From positions 3,038,001-3,102,000 of the forward strand of contig CDRNST010000051.1 of NCBI GenBank assembly GCA_977016875.1: a DNA stretch of 64,000 nucleotides, read 5' to 3'. Shown in pieces: positions 38,590 to 51,880 of this stretch. This DNA comes from Pavona decussata. Taxonomy: Eukaryota. The position numbers and the translations under genes are program-made. Below the pieces are notes generated by a model that ran no database searches, was not told where the DNA came from, and saw only the letters and a list, made by a program, of their open reading frames with translations. Within the stretch, counting starts at the first letter, position 1. Each line of letters begins with the position of its first letter.

Positions 38590-38850
38590 GTGAAGGAGTA
38601 GTGCTGCAGTGTGGTTGAAGGGTCACTAGTTCGAGCGAGGTTGCATTGGTCTCTGTATTGTCATATCGTTTCCTTAGACAAGAACTTTACTCCACACTGT
38701 CTCTCTCAATCCAGCCGCATTGGGCAGAGTAGCATGCAAAACACTAGCATCCTATCCATGGAAGGGGAGGCTGTTTTATGCTATAGAAACTAGGTTAATC
38801 TTCTGCCATTTGGCCCACCGAGGCTCGAAGCACGACATAACTTTTTTAAT
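38590..38850 (+). mobile_element. Degenerate tRNA-derived SINE (CORE/V-domain-like)
   Basis: B-box-like agttcgagc, then gtttccttagacaagaactttactccacactgtctctctc, actagcatcctatcca and tgctatagaaac. A second, more eroded copy lies at about 38970-39190. Confidence 0.6.
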
Positions 38851-41800
38851 GTCCACATGCTGTGTGACTGCAACCGTTATATTGTGACTACTTAGGCTGA
38901 ATACTACCTTCTAGTATTTGGTTCGAACTGTCTTAACACCAACTGAATTCTCTTTCAAGCATTAATTGGGGGTGCGGTGGTTAACTTTCACCAGCTTGGT
39001 GATACAAGTCCTCTACGGTTCGTGCCGCCATTATTTTGTTTCCCGCTAGACAAAACCCTTTGCTTCACTTTATCCGGCCTCAACTCTTCACTCTGGTTTA
39101 TCGAATTGTTATAGCCGTTAAGATACCTTAAAGTGCCCTTTATTGGGGGGAACTAGCATCTCATTCAGGAGTAAGAACTTATATGCTCAATCAATAATTC
39201 TAGACAAAATGACTGGTTCCATTATGACCATTATAACGGACATGTTCGATACTACAGCCGGTTTGGTGCCGGCGTTAGCTGATGTCATTTTCATTAACTC
39301 TTTTGTCAGAAAACTTCAGGGCGTCCGCAATATAGAGGTGTCCCAGTTCACAAGAGAGAAGCTGAGTGCTGGTCCTGTATAAGCCAGTGGAGACTAATTC
39401 ATGGTAATTGAGTATATAAAACAAGGATTTTAAGCTATAGTCGAACAAAAGAAAGACGCTCTCATAAGCCCTCACTAAACCAAACCCACCAGTACGTATT
39501 TGAAAGAGGTCTCATAGAAATTCTACATGTTGAAATGATAGCGCAGCTCTAAGATATTTTTTAGCCTAGGAATGTTTTGCTACACAGAAGGGCAAATCTT
39601 TTTATGGAAAGGAATTCGACGTATTCTGATATTTCAGCACCCTTTTAGCTTGACCCTTTCAGTTATCCCCCCCAACCTTGTCTACGTCTGTGACAACTGC
39701 GTCAGAGCACTTCATTGCAATACAAACAGTTCAAAGTACGCGGTCGATAACTGCAGGTAACAGGAGATACCAGCTAACGACGCTATTCAAGGCTAAACCA
39801 CTGCTGCGTGCCAGATTTTCATCGAATCTAAGCCGCAAAGTTGTGGAAAGTTCTACGTACGAGGTAGAAACAAAAAAAGTAAAATGCGCAGAAAAATTAA
39901 AGAACTGCTCAAACTATCAATTGCACCAGAACTAAAATTATCGGTGGCGTTAATTATACCCCGGATGGAATTTTGGAATGGAATTAAAGTACACACTCAC
40001 TGCAGCTTGTTTGTATCCCACATGAAAGTTAGCCTGGAAGTTACATAAAGAGAGAAAAAGTTGGCACAAATTGAGGAACTTTGTATTTTCTGGTCGTGAT
40101 GGGTTTAAAATCCAACTTTAACCTGCATTGTAGATATGCAGTAGGCAGGTGCAGATTATCCAGCAATCCGACTTAACCCCTTTAAAGCCCCATTTTCAAC
40201 AAGCATATTCTGCTTGCTGTTGGACATATTCAGTTTTATGGTGCCAAATGAAAGAATTTGTTTATTCATCACGACATTCATTACCGATCTTTACTTTTCT
40301 TCTCATGAACTGCACGTCAAGTATTGAAAATGAAGGGAAACGTTAGACGCTGGCCACTTCTGGGGCTCCTTTTGGCAAATGTTTCCAAGTGCCACAACAC
40401 CTTCGGAACCCAACAAAGCCAATAGGCACATAGAAAGTCATATTCTATTTGTAAAATTGGTCCCTGTACTAACAACATTGTATATACTAGTTGTGAAGTT
40501 TTAAGAACTTTTCTGTGTGTATTTAGGGTTTTCGTACGCAAAGAAGTATCGGTAAATGTACCACCAGTCGCCATTTTTTTCGATACAGTGGATTATGTTC
40601 CTTTAGCCAGAAGAGTCAAGCCGATAGCATTTTTGCGAGCAGCTGGACAATTTTCAAAACATAGACAACTACAAAAGAAAATAATGCACGTTAAGTAGGC
40701 AATATATCCATGAGTGGCGTAATCTTAGTTATGTCGATCTGAAAATCCTTAAAAAATAACCCCCTTTATGTTTTTATAACTTTTGTTAAGACAACGTTCG
40801 TAGGATTATTTAGCCACTAAAAATATTTATCTACGCTCGCTCGAGCGTTAAATACTCGTCTGATTTAAATGGAATTTAGAACAATAGCTTTAAGCCTAAG
40901 AAAAAACTGTCATGGATTACAAAACAGACCTTGCGTTTTAAAACCATCATTGAAATGGATTGCAAATATTTATTTGAAAACATTTAATTTGCGCTTGGCT
41001 CGCAAATTCAAAACGTCCCAATTTGCAAGGTTAATTTCGAGCACTCGGTGTCGTAATCGACTATCACTGGCAAGAAAAGATGATGACATTTTTTTGTAGC
41101 CCCGAAACTGTGTTGTTATGTGCACCAAATTTTTGTACTTAAATTAAAGATGTGTATGGCAGTCAATACGCGAACCACATACTGAAACTGGCGTTAGTGA
41201 GGAATAAATAAATGGTTTGCGTTAAAGTTGAATGTGTCCCTTCTCAAACTTACGCCCTTTTACAGCTTCCTGTGATTCAATTGAAGTCGTCAGGGGATAC
41301 AGAAAACTGTTCATTAAAAGTGATAAAATGTTGAAGTGGCCGGAGGAGGAGGGACACTGCTTTTGGTTTGAGCTTGCGAAATAAAGTTATCGAAATTTCA
41401 CTGTTAGTACTGATTCTGTTTTACTATCCACTCTAGTTTAGCATGAGACGAATCCAGTTCAAACACGCTGACCAAGCCCCAACAAATCTAATGACTGAAT
41501 AGAAAAGTCGTAGCCGAAGCCTGCAGAGACACAGACGTACAATTTTTCCGTGAACAGAGCTCGGCCGGGAACACGTAGGAGTGCTAGCACTCCTAACTTG
41601 TACTTGGTATAATTTTACAAGAAGGAATTCAGTACACTCATGTCAGCAACTTTCACAGTTTGACACACATAACAATCACTCCAATACGCCCACGACTCTT
41701 CTGTAAATGTGTCAGTAGTTTTTTCATCAAGGGAGTCTACCACACCCTTAAATGGGATCCACGTGAGAGGTATCCATCAGTTCAAGTGTTGACGGTGTGA

Positions 41801-44800
41801 GGGGGTGTTCTGCAAGAATCCGGAAATAGCTCATCATGCTCTAGCCACGAGTTCTCACCGAGCTAAAATAGATGGTTTTTAAACTTCCTATTATGGTTGC
41901 CGAGAGCAAGATAGGTGTTGGCTGTAATGATGGCGAAGCAAGAATTAAGCGAGGGGTGGGTCTCTTTTCAAAAGATTTAGCTCTTTTATAATGGCTTAAT
42001 TAAACCGGCATTCAATGTAGAACGGACATGACACAAGTGTATTCAAGCTAAAGCTTTTGACCAGCTACTTTTCTGTGGTTCTGTTTATTGTGTTGTAAGG
42101 TAGGTCGGACTTTTGAGAAGGGGTAAAATCCAATAGGGCATAGGGTGACCATTCAGTTGGAAGCTAACAAGTTGTAGTATTGCGTGAATATCCTGGACAG
42201 CAAATTTGTCCTCTCCTGCTCTTCTGTGCAGGAACAAAAAACATATTCAATGGCTAAAAAAGTTTTCTTAGTATTTTAAAGTAGGATTGCAGAAATTTTC
42301 GTGGCAGAATAGTTACATTCACTGTCTAAATTTCGTGGCATAGAGAAATTACTTTGCGCTCAATTAGTGAAGCTTAAATAAGCCGGTAAAACGTCTGATA
42401 GAAAGATAAAAGCTATCAGGCAAGGAATTTAGAAGTACCACATAACTGAGTCAACTGAAGTGATTCCAAGATATCTTTTTGATGAAGCCTTCTACCGCTC
42501 GCTATCAAACACCTTTATTAAAACGATCTAAACACTTGCCCTTGAACTGCAGCTGTTGCAAGAGAAGTCAGGTATTGACGCAAATGATCGTAAATCGCCT
42601 TAGCGTTTGACGCGAATGGGTAAGACGTGAAGTGAGCAGCACTCTCAACTCACAAAGATAAGAGATCAAGAGATCGAGGGCGGATGCGATAAACATCACC
42701 AGCCGATCTTTCAGCTTTTGAAAAGCGGCCTTTTAAAACGTTGAAATGGGTGCGCAGATGTGTTAAAAGTAACAGATGATAGAGTGTTTTGTGTTCGATT
42801 GCTTCCTGTGTCCGTTAAGCCGCACGTGGAGCTTTTATTCCATTACACGACCCAACTGGAAATGTGGGCACGGCAAAAGCTGTGCGCACATGTTTTCAGA
42901 TCAACATAATGGCGCCTCGCTTAAAAACCCTGTTCTGTGTTCTGATCTTAATGTAACACGTGTTCAAAGAATAAGGAACCACCGAGATTTTATGGGCAGC
43001 CATTGTGATAACGCTGTACCACACAATGGAGTTGAGTGACATTTGATATTCTCCAAGGCTCCAAGAGAGGCATTTTGCTTGTTTTCTTTGCGAGGAAACC
43101 GTATCTGCATCTAGAGTTACCTTCGTGAAAGGCTAATTTGTCAAAGGATTTAAACCCTAATTGATGCGTTAGCCGTAACCTTTGGCCTGCTTTTGTGTTT
43201 GTATGACTAATAGTCAATTACATCGGAGGGTGATACTTAACGCCCCAAGACATCCTTTTTTGCCATTAAACGTCCCATAACTTTTTACTTTACAAAACCA
43301 GTGAAGGGTGCAGCAAATCGGGACAATTGAGTAAGTAAAAGAAATACATCGAAATATGCTGGTTACTAATAAGTCACTGCAAATGAAGATAGCAAGCAGC
43401 TATCGCAATTCACCAGCGTTATCTCATAGACTGGTTTTGGCGCAAGCCGAACCATTTACTTGCTCCTAATGCGAATGCCACCCACCAAACAAAGATAACA
43501 ACCCCAGCCGTACAGTAATTGTTCGAACATCCGCCGGTTCCCTCCTTTAATATCGAGAAGTAATTTTACCTAAATAAAATTGTAAACGGCGATGAATAAA
43601 ACAAGATGCGCGCGGTTGAACGTGTCAGCGGTCAACTACTAAGTGAGGATTTGTCTAAGACGATGCGAGAATTTAGCTTTTGCCATCGATTTTATCTCGG
43701 AAGGTCTAGAACAGGTTGAAGCAAGCGCAGCAATTTTCGAGCCAGAAATAACTACTGCATCTTTCATCTGCCAGATTAATTGCTGGCGGTTTTCTGGACG
43801 CTGTTACGAGCTGTCATCTGCGTGTAATCGTATAGCTTTAATTATGACCACAAGACAGAGGAACGCGTTCCATGTATCGCGAAAACTAATTTTGCGTTAT
43901 GTTTTCTTGACTGAAAGACAGCTTGAGCCAACTTACAGTAGGAGGTCTCTCAAAAGGTGTTTATAAGCTTAACGGCAATCGCGCGAACTTTCGCAGTTAC
44001 AAATATTTTTTAACTCACAATTGACAACAAATTGTGTAAATGAGTAATGAAGTGTTTCCTGAATGGTAAACGATGGTTGATACAACCGAAAATGAAATAA
44101 AAGAGCACTGATTAGTTTAAAATTTGGAAAAAGAATAGTTCTTAGTCCTCGACTTACGCTAACACCGAGAAAACAACAGCCAAATGGATGCGTTCTTACG
44201 TCTTCTACTTAGCAATGAGGGCTGTTTATTATCACAAAAACTTTAGCCATCGAAGTAATTAAGAGCAATTAGGGACACTTCTAATAGCTACACACAGAAC
44301 AGGAAACAAGACCTTCGCGAAAGGCATCGTAAACTCCTCGAGAGCGAAAACTCCTTGTCGAGATTCTCTTCACTGATCTTATTTGACAACGAGCAAAATA
44401 GATATCGGGGTGCTAAGTTGGTTATACTGTTTTTGTAGCACTTTGAGTCATGTTTGCTTAACAAATAAACTTGGCACAAATCCTGTCCGTTCGGTTTTCC
44501 CAACTTGACACTGTCATATCTTGATGCCGTATACAAACCAACAGTGATGTTTGGACGCGGGAAAAGATCGGGTTTGAAACGAAGCATTCGCAAGTACCAA
44601 TTTTTATCGCGCCGACAAAAACAGTTAGCAAAGATCAATTAGTTAAACACCGACAATTTTCCAACTCATTACTAGGAGGAGCCGACAACTTTGGAAGCAC
44701 AATGTGTTCTGCGAGGCGCGACGTTATCTCAAAATATGTATCTAATCTACCCGTTTACAGCGACCGGACGACAGGCCCGCATTAACTGCGGCGGATAACA

Positions 44801-46064
44801 AAACGCAGGCACTAGCTGGCAAGGCGACTAACCGTGACAAAACCGGGAGCTTTCCGAATAAATTTAGCCGAGGTAAGCTGGTTACAAAAAGACTTTTCAA
44901 AGATTTTCATTGTTCTTTAAATCATCCTTGAACTGGATCCCTCACAGGCCACGATAACAAAGCATAGTTAACACCAAGAGCAGAAAGTTGACTTCAGTAA
45001 TAAAAAGTCTCCTAATATCTAGTTCACTTTAGCTTGCTTTTTCACGTATTCTACCAACAAAAAGGAGAGATTATGTATTTTACTGCTCAGAATATAATTT
45101 TGGTAAATGTGCAGAAAAATATTCTGTGTGGTCAGTTCAAACGATGAATATAATGCAATGGGATGATTCAAATCCTTCAAATTCCTAAAGGGGATGACTT
45201 CAGATTATTCGCAGCCATTAACTTCTTACAGGTTAAAAATGTCCCCGGGTTCCTTAAGATGAATTCCACAAAACTGAATCATCGGTAACAACAAAAGATT
45301 TTTTAATGGACTGAAGCTTTTCATTTTCTGAAATACTATAGCAACGACTTTTTAATTAACTCCGACGGCGAAATTTTGAACTATGACGCAAACACTAGGA
45401 CCTTGATTTGTGTTTGTACTTCTTTTGATTTTGTCGGCAAAACTATCTCCGCAGCGTTTAAATTTTACAATGTATCAATTAAATGCCAAAACGAAAACAC
45501 TTAGAGGAAATGCACGATTCAGTTAACTGTTTGATATCAGTAAATACGGTTTCAGTCAAAACGTTATAAAAAGAACCTGATGGAATTCTATAAGTCTATT
45601 AGATATAAATCTATCCCTATCATGGTAAATTAAGTCGAGACGAAAGAATTTCCTAAGATAAAAAAAATTCGAAGAGCCTTGATAACTACAAACCAACACC
45701 GCAATAATAAAAAGTACTGAGGATAAGTTATAAATAGTCTATTTCAAGAATTCTCTCACAGGCGCAGTTGTAGGTACGTGGCCGATGTGTATTGCAACTC
45801 ACTGGTTTATTTGCTTATTCTCAAATAAAGAATTGCATTCACCCATTACTTATGTCTCCAGTCTTCCTTTACGTTGAAAGTAAAACCACAGACGGCTCGC
45901 TCCGAGAAGGAGATATTTATTGACTTCTGCTGGAGTTTTTGTGCTTTAAAATTTTCAGTTGTGCACTTCTAGAGTTCAATTTCGACTCAAATATTGCGTC
46001 GGTTGTCGATATCCAGCTAACTGGAGTTTTGGCCGGGTAAAATTCAAAGTGTCAACATTGAAAT

Positions 46065-46720
46065 GAAGTCTGTACAAGGTGCTTTTAACACTTGAACCTT
46101 TTGATGAAATCCTAATAAAATGAGACTGAGGTACCTTATTGAACACTACTATCCTCTGGTGCTGTTTAGTAACCTGTGCGAGGTCAGTTCCAACGCATCC
46201 CCTATAGCTGAAATTTAAAAGAGTCAAACTGACTAGTCAGTGGTACTTTCCTGTAATATTGTTTACTACGCTATTACGCTGTACAAGGTCGTTCTAACTT
46301 CTGAGCAAACTCCAAAAGTGTGAGCAGTGCAGCAAACGAAAATTATTCGGCTTCATGCACTTTCCCGAATGACTGCCGAAATGTGCTGCTCAAGCCAGGC
46401 TCGGCTGGTTCTAACTATTGATTATGTGAGTAAAATACCTAAGTGTTGGCCCATTCAAATGGAAGCCACTTAGCAGTACTTTTCTCCGATGCCGGTTGTT
46501 CTTCGATATTTTGAAAATTGACATTTTTTGTTTGGTGTTACTTGTAAGCTTGAGCTCCCTTTGAGAAGAAAGGGTTACTGACTCCAAGAATAAGACGTGT
46601 ACTACGAGTTGATCGTATGTTTCTATCTCAGGGTTTAGTCTTTGCGTGAAATCCTTTAAGGGCCATCACTAGATTTAAATTGAAGCCACTGAGTTGTGCT
46701 TTCATTCAGTAGTGTATTCA
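46065..46720 (+). repeat. Decayed array of a roughly 90-bp satellite-like repeat
   Basis: Recurring ctgtacaaggt, gttctaact, tgaaatcct, ccattcaaatg.aagc and agtacttt. Single units also at about 21465-21510 (minus), 23815-23920 and 42040-42175. Confidence 0.6.
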
Positions 46721-49245
46721 GACATTATGATGAGGTGAAGGTTAAAAAGTTGAAAAGAGAATCCGCCACTTCAGATGAGTGTCGACCCAGTAAAGAACAC
46801 TGAACAATTTCAGTGAAATTAGCTCGAAAACATGTAATGAATTCAGATCAAAGAAATACCACAATAGATTGTGTGGCACCGTTTCAGAAGATTTTCGCAA
46901 GCAAGATATAGATATGACGCATGTATTGAACTATCACGAGTTGTGAACTGAGGAAGTACAAATATTTAACATTTCCCGGGGTAAAACAACAACCTCAATG
47001 AGAGTACAGTTTATCAACAATTTCTTTTATCACGAAGAAAACGTTATTCTAGTTATTTAATATTGTCGGCGCTGTGTTGTGTTCAAAACCTGAAAACAAC
47101 TATAACTTGAAGATATCAGTTCGGAATCCAAGTCCTTCTTGCAGTGTATAACATCAGTAGATAAGTCACTCAAAATCAGGCGCTCTTGTCCAAATCGCAA
47201 TGTATACTAGTCCCCTTGAGAACCTAGAAAGAAATTCCAAGAGCTTTTTCGAGTCCTTTGGATCGCCATTTGGAGAAGGCAAAATTCAGGGAAACTGGAC
47301 GTAACTGAGTAAATTAAAGAACTGATTTATTTACAAAAGGAATGAATTAAGTTTGTGGTCTAGATGTGTGACTTGACACGTAAAGGAACCACTTCATCTT
47401 AGTTGATGCATCGATGGACTGTCGTAGAATTTAGCACCACAGTCTGAATTTCTCGAAATCTCGGGTCTCGTTTCAAACAAGTTAAGATCAGGAAAAACCG
47501 TTAAGCAGGATTTTGGGTCGCGACGAAGGATTACAGCAACTTACAGACGAACAAGACCGATTTGAACGTGAGCCCAGGGAGTGGCACGAACATGCAGAAA
47601 CGTCAAATCACTCCAGCCCTTTAAATTGGCACGTAGCAATGGCCTAATCATGAAATAACATTTTATTTTCATAAATACACGCTAACAAACTGTACAAAGT
47701 ACTGTTCAATGGCCGCTTTATTTCACACGGTCACACAACAGGGTTTCGACCAGACTCAAACTTCGAAATAAAATTGACTTGACCCTGGCATTGAAGGGGC
47801 TAAATAGTCAAATACGATGATTATAAAATACAAACGCTTTGTATAAAGCAACTTGTTTCTCTCTGTCTTATTTCAATGAATGAATTAAGATATAACGGGA
47901 TTCTACTTCTACAGGCTACATATGTCGTGTGGTCTATTTGCGCTATTTTGACGTTTCTTTAGAAACATATATGGTTGTCTTTAATCTTACTTAGTCCTGT
48001 GAGGTTTCCAAGCTTGAATTACAGACGTGAGCACAATTAAAATGTAGTACAGAATACCCAAAAGTTCACATATTCCATTCCCTTAAGACGTTATCGATAA
48101 AGAAATGAATACAATCTCAGAACGGAGATTCAGTTGGAGAGAGCATATCCGTTCCTTGAGGAAAAAATAATAAACACAATCTGACCACTTCCCCATGTAC
48201 TTCCTTCGCTGGTAATGTTTCCATGGAAGTTCTAAAAACGACTAAATGAACATACATGCGCTTCGCAGTGTGAAACACGCATAATCTGTTCCTGAATTGA
48301 CGACTACAACTGTGGCGAAACAGATTTCACACGCGCAAAATAGGTACTCAAGTCCCGCACGATGATAAACAAACGTTGAAGTTTAGCCTTATTCAAGTTT
48401 TCACCGACTTGAATCTCGAGGTTGAAATCAATAAAGAAATGGTATGGCGGTAGTGGCGAGAAGTCATTATCGAGAAAATGGGTGCAGTTGTTTTGCGTAA
48501 ATGATCGGAAGATTTGAAGTCAAAGTTGTCTGCGTTATCTATCTTCTGATGCCTCCCCACCCTACCGTTACGATGCCAAGATTTCGTAGCAAAAGAACAA
48601 AAAGAAATATATCATTCTCAATCTAAAGTTTCTAAACGAGCTCTAGCGTTCCAATGTGGAAGCAATCAAATATCTTGGTTTGCCGCAAGATATTGTTGAT
48701 GAAAAGTTTGGCCGCCTTATCAAGACTTCAGCAAGTGGTTAAGGGCACGCGTCCCATTACGACCACACCGAGCGCAGCGCGATTACGAAAACTAACAAAG
48801 GCTTTTTTTCTCTCACTGCTGTTTCTTGCGTGAATGTTTTTCACCCCAAAATTCAAAAGGAATTGCCCCTTCCTGTTGCTTAGTTGCGATACAGAGACAC
48901 GAACTATAGGATTACAGTAGAGGTGAAACCAATAAAGAGATCTAACTGCGACTTTAAGCTTTTAATTCCGTTGTTGGGGACTTGTGGAATTTCTCACGAT
49001 TTCCCCCTCGGATTCCTACCTCGTTGCTGGCGCCAAGATACTCTTCGCTGGTTGAATTATTCGAAAAACCCTTAGTTGCTCTTATGGAGTTAAGGTTTCA
49101 AGGGTTGGAACAACTTGGGGAGATAAGGGCACAGGTCTGAATCTGACCTAAAATGGTGCGTGATTGCATAGCTAATCCAACCAGTTCATGCACTTCGGGC
49201 GAAAACCTAACAAACTCCACATGACGATCATCGAATCTTTGAGAA

Positions 49246-49251
49246 TTTATT
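49246..49251 (-). terminator. Putative polyadenylation signal of FoxC
   Basis: First minus-strand AATAAA I found downstream of the stop, implying a 3'UTR of about 1 kb. Confidence 0.35.
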
Positions 49252-50212
49252 GTGTAAAAAACTTTATGTAAATCAGGCACAACTAGTCTGCTAAGTGGTG
49301 CGAAAAACGTGGGAATAAAAACACCAGCACGTTCACGTACACAATGTCTAATTTGTCGTTTAAAAATTTAATCGCTTTTGCCTTTTCTTGGGATTTTATA
49401 CAAGAATAAATCAGCTTGGAAAATACAGCTCTACATCATTAAATATCGAAAAATCTTTGAACTGTTTGTACACTTAGTCCTAAGCGCTAATTTACATGGC
49501 CTTTCCTATGCTTGCTCTCAATAACAATCACAACCATAATTGCTGGTTTAAGTTTGATTAGAAAACAAAGCCGTCTTTGGAACGAGATTTTTAACAACAC
49601 CTTCGCATTGACTGACTACTTTACGATTTGCATGGGTTTTGAGACTTATTTTTGCCAAAATTGAAAACACAGATAAATTAAAACCACTTATTGCGTGCTG
49701 TTTTTCGTGACTGGATTGCGGTCTGTAAAAGCGGGTTTGATGACGAGCTATTTAGCCAGGTACGACTAGTTATTCTCTCATACTGCGAGCACGGTGGGTG
49801 ACACAGAAACACTTGTGGTGAGCGAGTTGAATGAAAACAATGGTTGTTGCCCTTAAGCCTCACTAAAAACAAACTTCACCGGTACACAAATCAACTGTCA
49901 AACTACTTGGCGCTAAAAACGAAACTTCGAAATTACTGGGGGAAAAGACCAGCGCTTAGTATACTTACTATAATTGTTCAGAATTTTGATAATATCTCCT
50001 CAGTTATCAGCTATTCTAAATAACATCTCGCCTACAATAATCTTTCTTTTTTTGCACACATCTGTCCTGAGTGTTCAGCCCAACTTGGCAAACTGTACAA
50101 AAAAGCTAAGCAGCTTTGTAAAAAAGTTTCCGTTCCTTAAAGAGATGTGCTAAACCTCAAGGTGTCCTGTATCAGTTAAGCATGACTACTCTTAACTGTG
50201 TTCAAAGACTGA

Positions 50213-51655
50213 TCATAGAGTGTACTGAGGCACTGGCGCCGCAGCTGCGTGATAAGAGGCACTAGTACTCCCAAACTGACCTTGACTTGCTTGCATGGTC
50301 GGTACAGCAGCTTGCCCACCGGGAGCGATCAGTCGCTGCGACTCAAACATCTCGCGCACATTCGGGAAGCAGTTGGTGTGAGCGCTGGTAACCGGTGGCT
50401 CACTGCCTGAGTAGCTTGAAGAAGAGTACCACTGCGCGGGTCTGGATGCTGTGGGTTCATACTCGGCTGTGTATTGCGAGTGATGTTGGCGGTGCACGGG
50501 TACGTCTTCTACGTGCGGATTCTGGGTGGCTTGCTGATTGTAGTGACTCAAATGGGGTGAATATCGGCCAGGGACCATAGGCGGGTGCTCGGAACTCATC
50601 TGAGTTTCGTACCGGTGAACGTAAGCCCTTCCATTGGGCGTGTTAGTACTGGCGTAGGAGGGCGAGTGGCAAACTGCATATGGTGTGCCAGAGTAGTTGC
50701 CACTGCCTTGTTGCCCGTTTTGCGGATAAGAGGGGTAGTTTAACGTGTAAGCGTTCTCGTAAATAGTACACGGTGGAACCGTGGGGAAGGATGGCGGCGT
50801 GGTAGCGCCTTGATTTTCGCTGATTTCACCAGGTGAATTACTTGATTGTATCTCACTGTCCTCGGAGCTTACCATGCACTCTCGCTTGCAGGACGGTGGG
50901 CTGGCCTTCGAGGTGGGCACTTTATTCTCTGATTTTGAGGACTCTAGAGATTCGGAGCGTGCGGTTTGCGTGCTAGCTGATAGCGTTTCACGCTCTTTAG
51001 CTTTTTCTTGCGGAACGGAAGTTGTTGTTGGGCTTTCAGAGCTTGTTGTCTTTGTGTCGGCGGAAGTGTTGTGGTCCTTTTTGTCTTGGATCTCGGCGCT
51101 GTTGCTGTTCTCTGATAGCGCCTTGTCCTTCTTTCTGAAGCGCTTTCTCCTTCGCAGGTAGCTTCCATTTTCGAACATGTTCAAACTCTCGGGATCAAGA
51201 CTCCAGAAGCTTCCTTTGCCAGGCTTCTTATCGTCTCTTGGCACTTTTACGAAACACTCATTGAGAGAGAGATTATGCCGAATCGAGTTCTGCCAGCCTT
51301 GTTTATTCTCCCTATAGTACGGAAATCTGTCCATGATGAATTGATATATTCCGCTTAGTGTTATTTTCTTCTCTGGCGCGCTCTGTATAGCCATGGCAAT
51401 GAGCGCAATGTACGAATACGGCGGCTTGACCATCTCATGTCTCTGATGTGGTACATGTTGAGCTCGCGGGATAGGAGGATAAAGGCGATCTTGCCTCGTT
51501 TGATACTGTCCGTGTGCGGGATACACGGGGAAATGAACTGAAGAATAAGGGGACGCACCGGCTCGGTAAAATTCGTAGCCTTGATTTCCATACATTGGCG
51601 TTATCATGTTGCTGTTAGCGGCAGCCGAGTTAGTAGGATAAGGGTACATGGACAT
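50213..51655 (-). CDS. FoxC: Forkhead box transcription factor FoxC, single exon, 480 aa from the first ATG
   Basis: [104 protein letters not shown] is nearly identical to the FOXC1/2 forkhead domain. FoxC C-terminal motif VREMFESQR is present. The ORF track starts at a GTG (51658); the first ATG is at 51655. Confidence 0.96.
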   Translation of the reverse strand: MSMYPYPTNSAAANSNMITPMYGNQGYEFYRAGASPYSSVHFPVYPAHGQYQTRQDRLYPPIPRAQHVPHQRHEMVKPPYSYIALIAMAIQSAPEKKITLSGIYQFIMDRFPYYRENKQGWQNSIRHNLSLNECFVKVPRDDKKPGKGSFWSLDPESLNMFENGSYLRRRKRFRKKDKALSENSNSAEIQDKKDHNTSADTKTTSSESPTTTSVPQEKAKERETLSASTQTARSESLESSKSENKVPTSKASPPSCKRECMVSSEDSEIQSSNSPGEISENQGATTPPSFPTVPPCTIYENAYTLNYPSYPQNGQQGSGNYSGTPYAVCHSPSYASTNTPNGRAYVHRYETQMSSEHPPMVPGRYSPHLSHYNQQATQNPHVEDVPVHRQHHSQYTAEYEPTASRPAQWYSSSSYSGSEPPVTSAHTNCFPNVREMFESQRLIAPGGQAAVPTMQASQGQFGSTSASYHAAAAPVPQYTL

Positions 51656-51835
51656 CACGGCTCTTGTAATTTACTCCGAAGATGCCCGCTTTGAACCTGG
51701 ACGTAAATGATTTGATAAAAGCGTCGTTGCATGCACTTTGATTGATATCTGGCTCTTTGCTCAAGTCACGCGCTAGATAGACACACTGTAATACGATGTA
51801 AATTCGTTTGTCGCCTCTTGATCGAATTACACCAG

Positions 51836-51880
51836 TTATATATCTTGTCGGTTATGCAATTTTTCCGCGCCAGCCAATCG
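51836..51880 (-). promoter_or_regulatory. Putative FoxC core promoter
   Basis: Minus-strand TATATAA at 51836-51842, about 180 nt upstream of the ATG; C/EBP-PAR-like TTATGCAAT at 51852-51860; CCAAT box at 51874-51878; CpG-rich context. Confidence 0.55.

Noticed and set aside
50395-51591. Antisense and alternative-frame ORFs inside FoxC
   Set aside because: Shadow ORFs of a GC-richer coding sequence.
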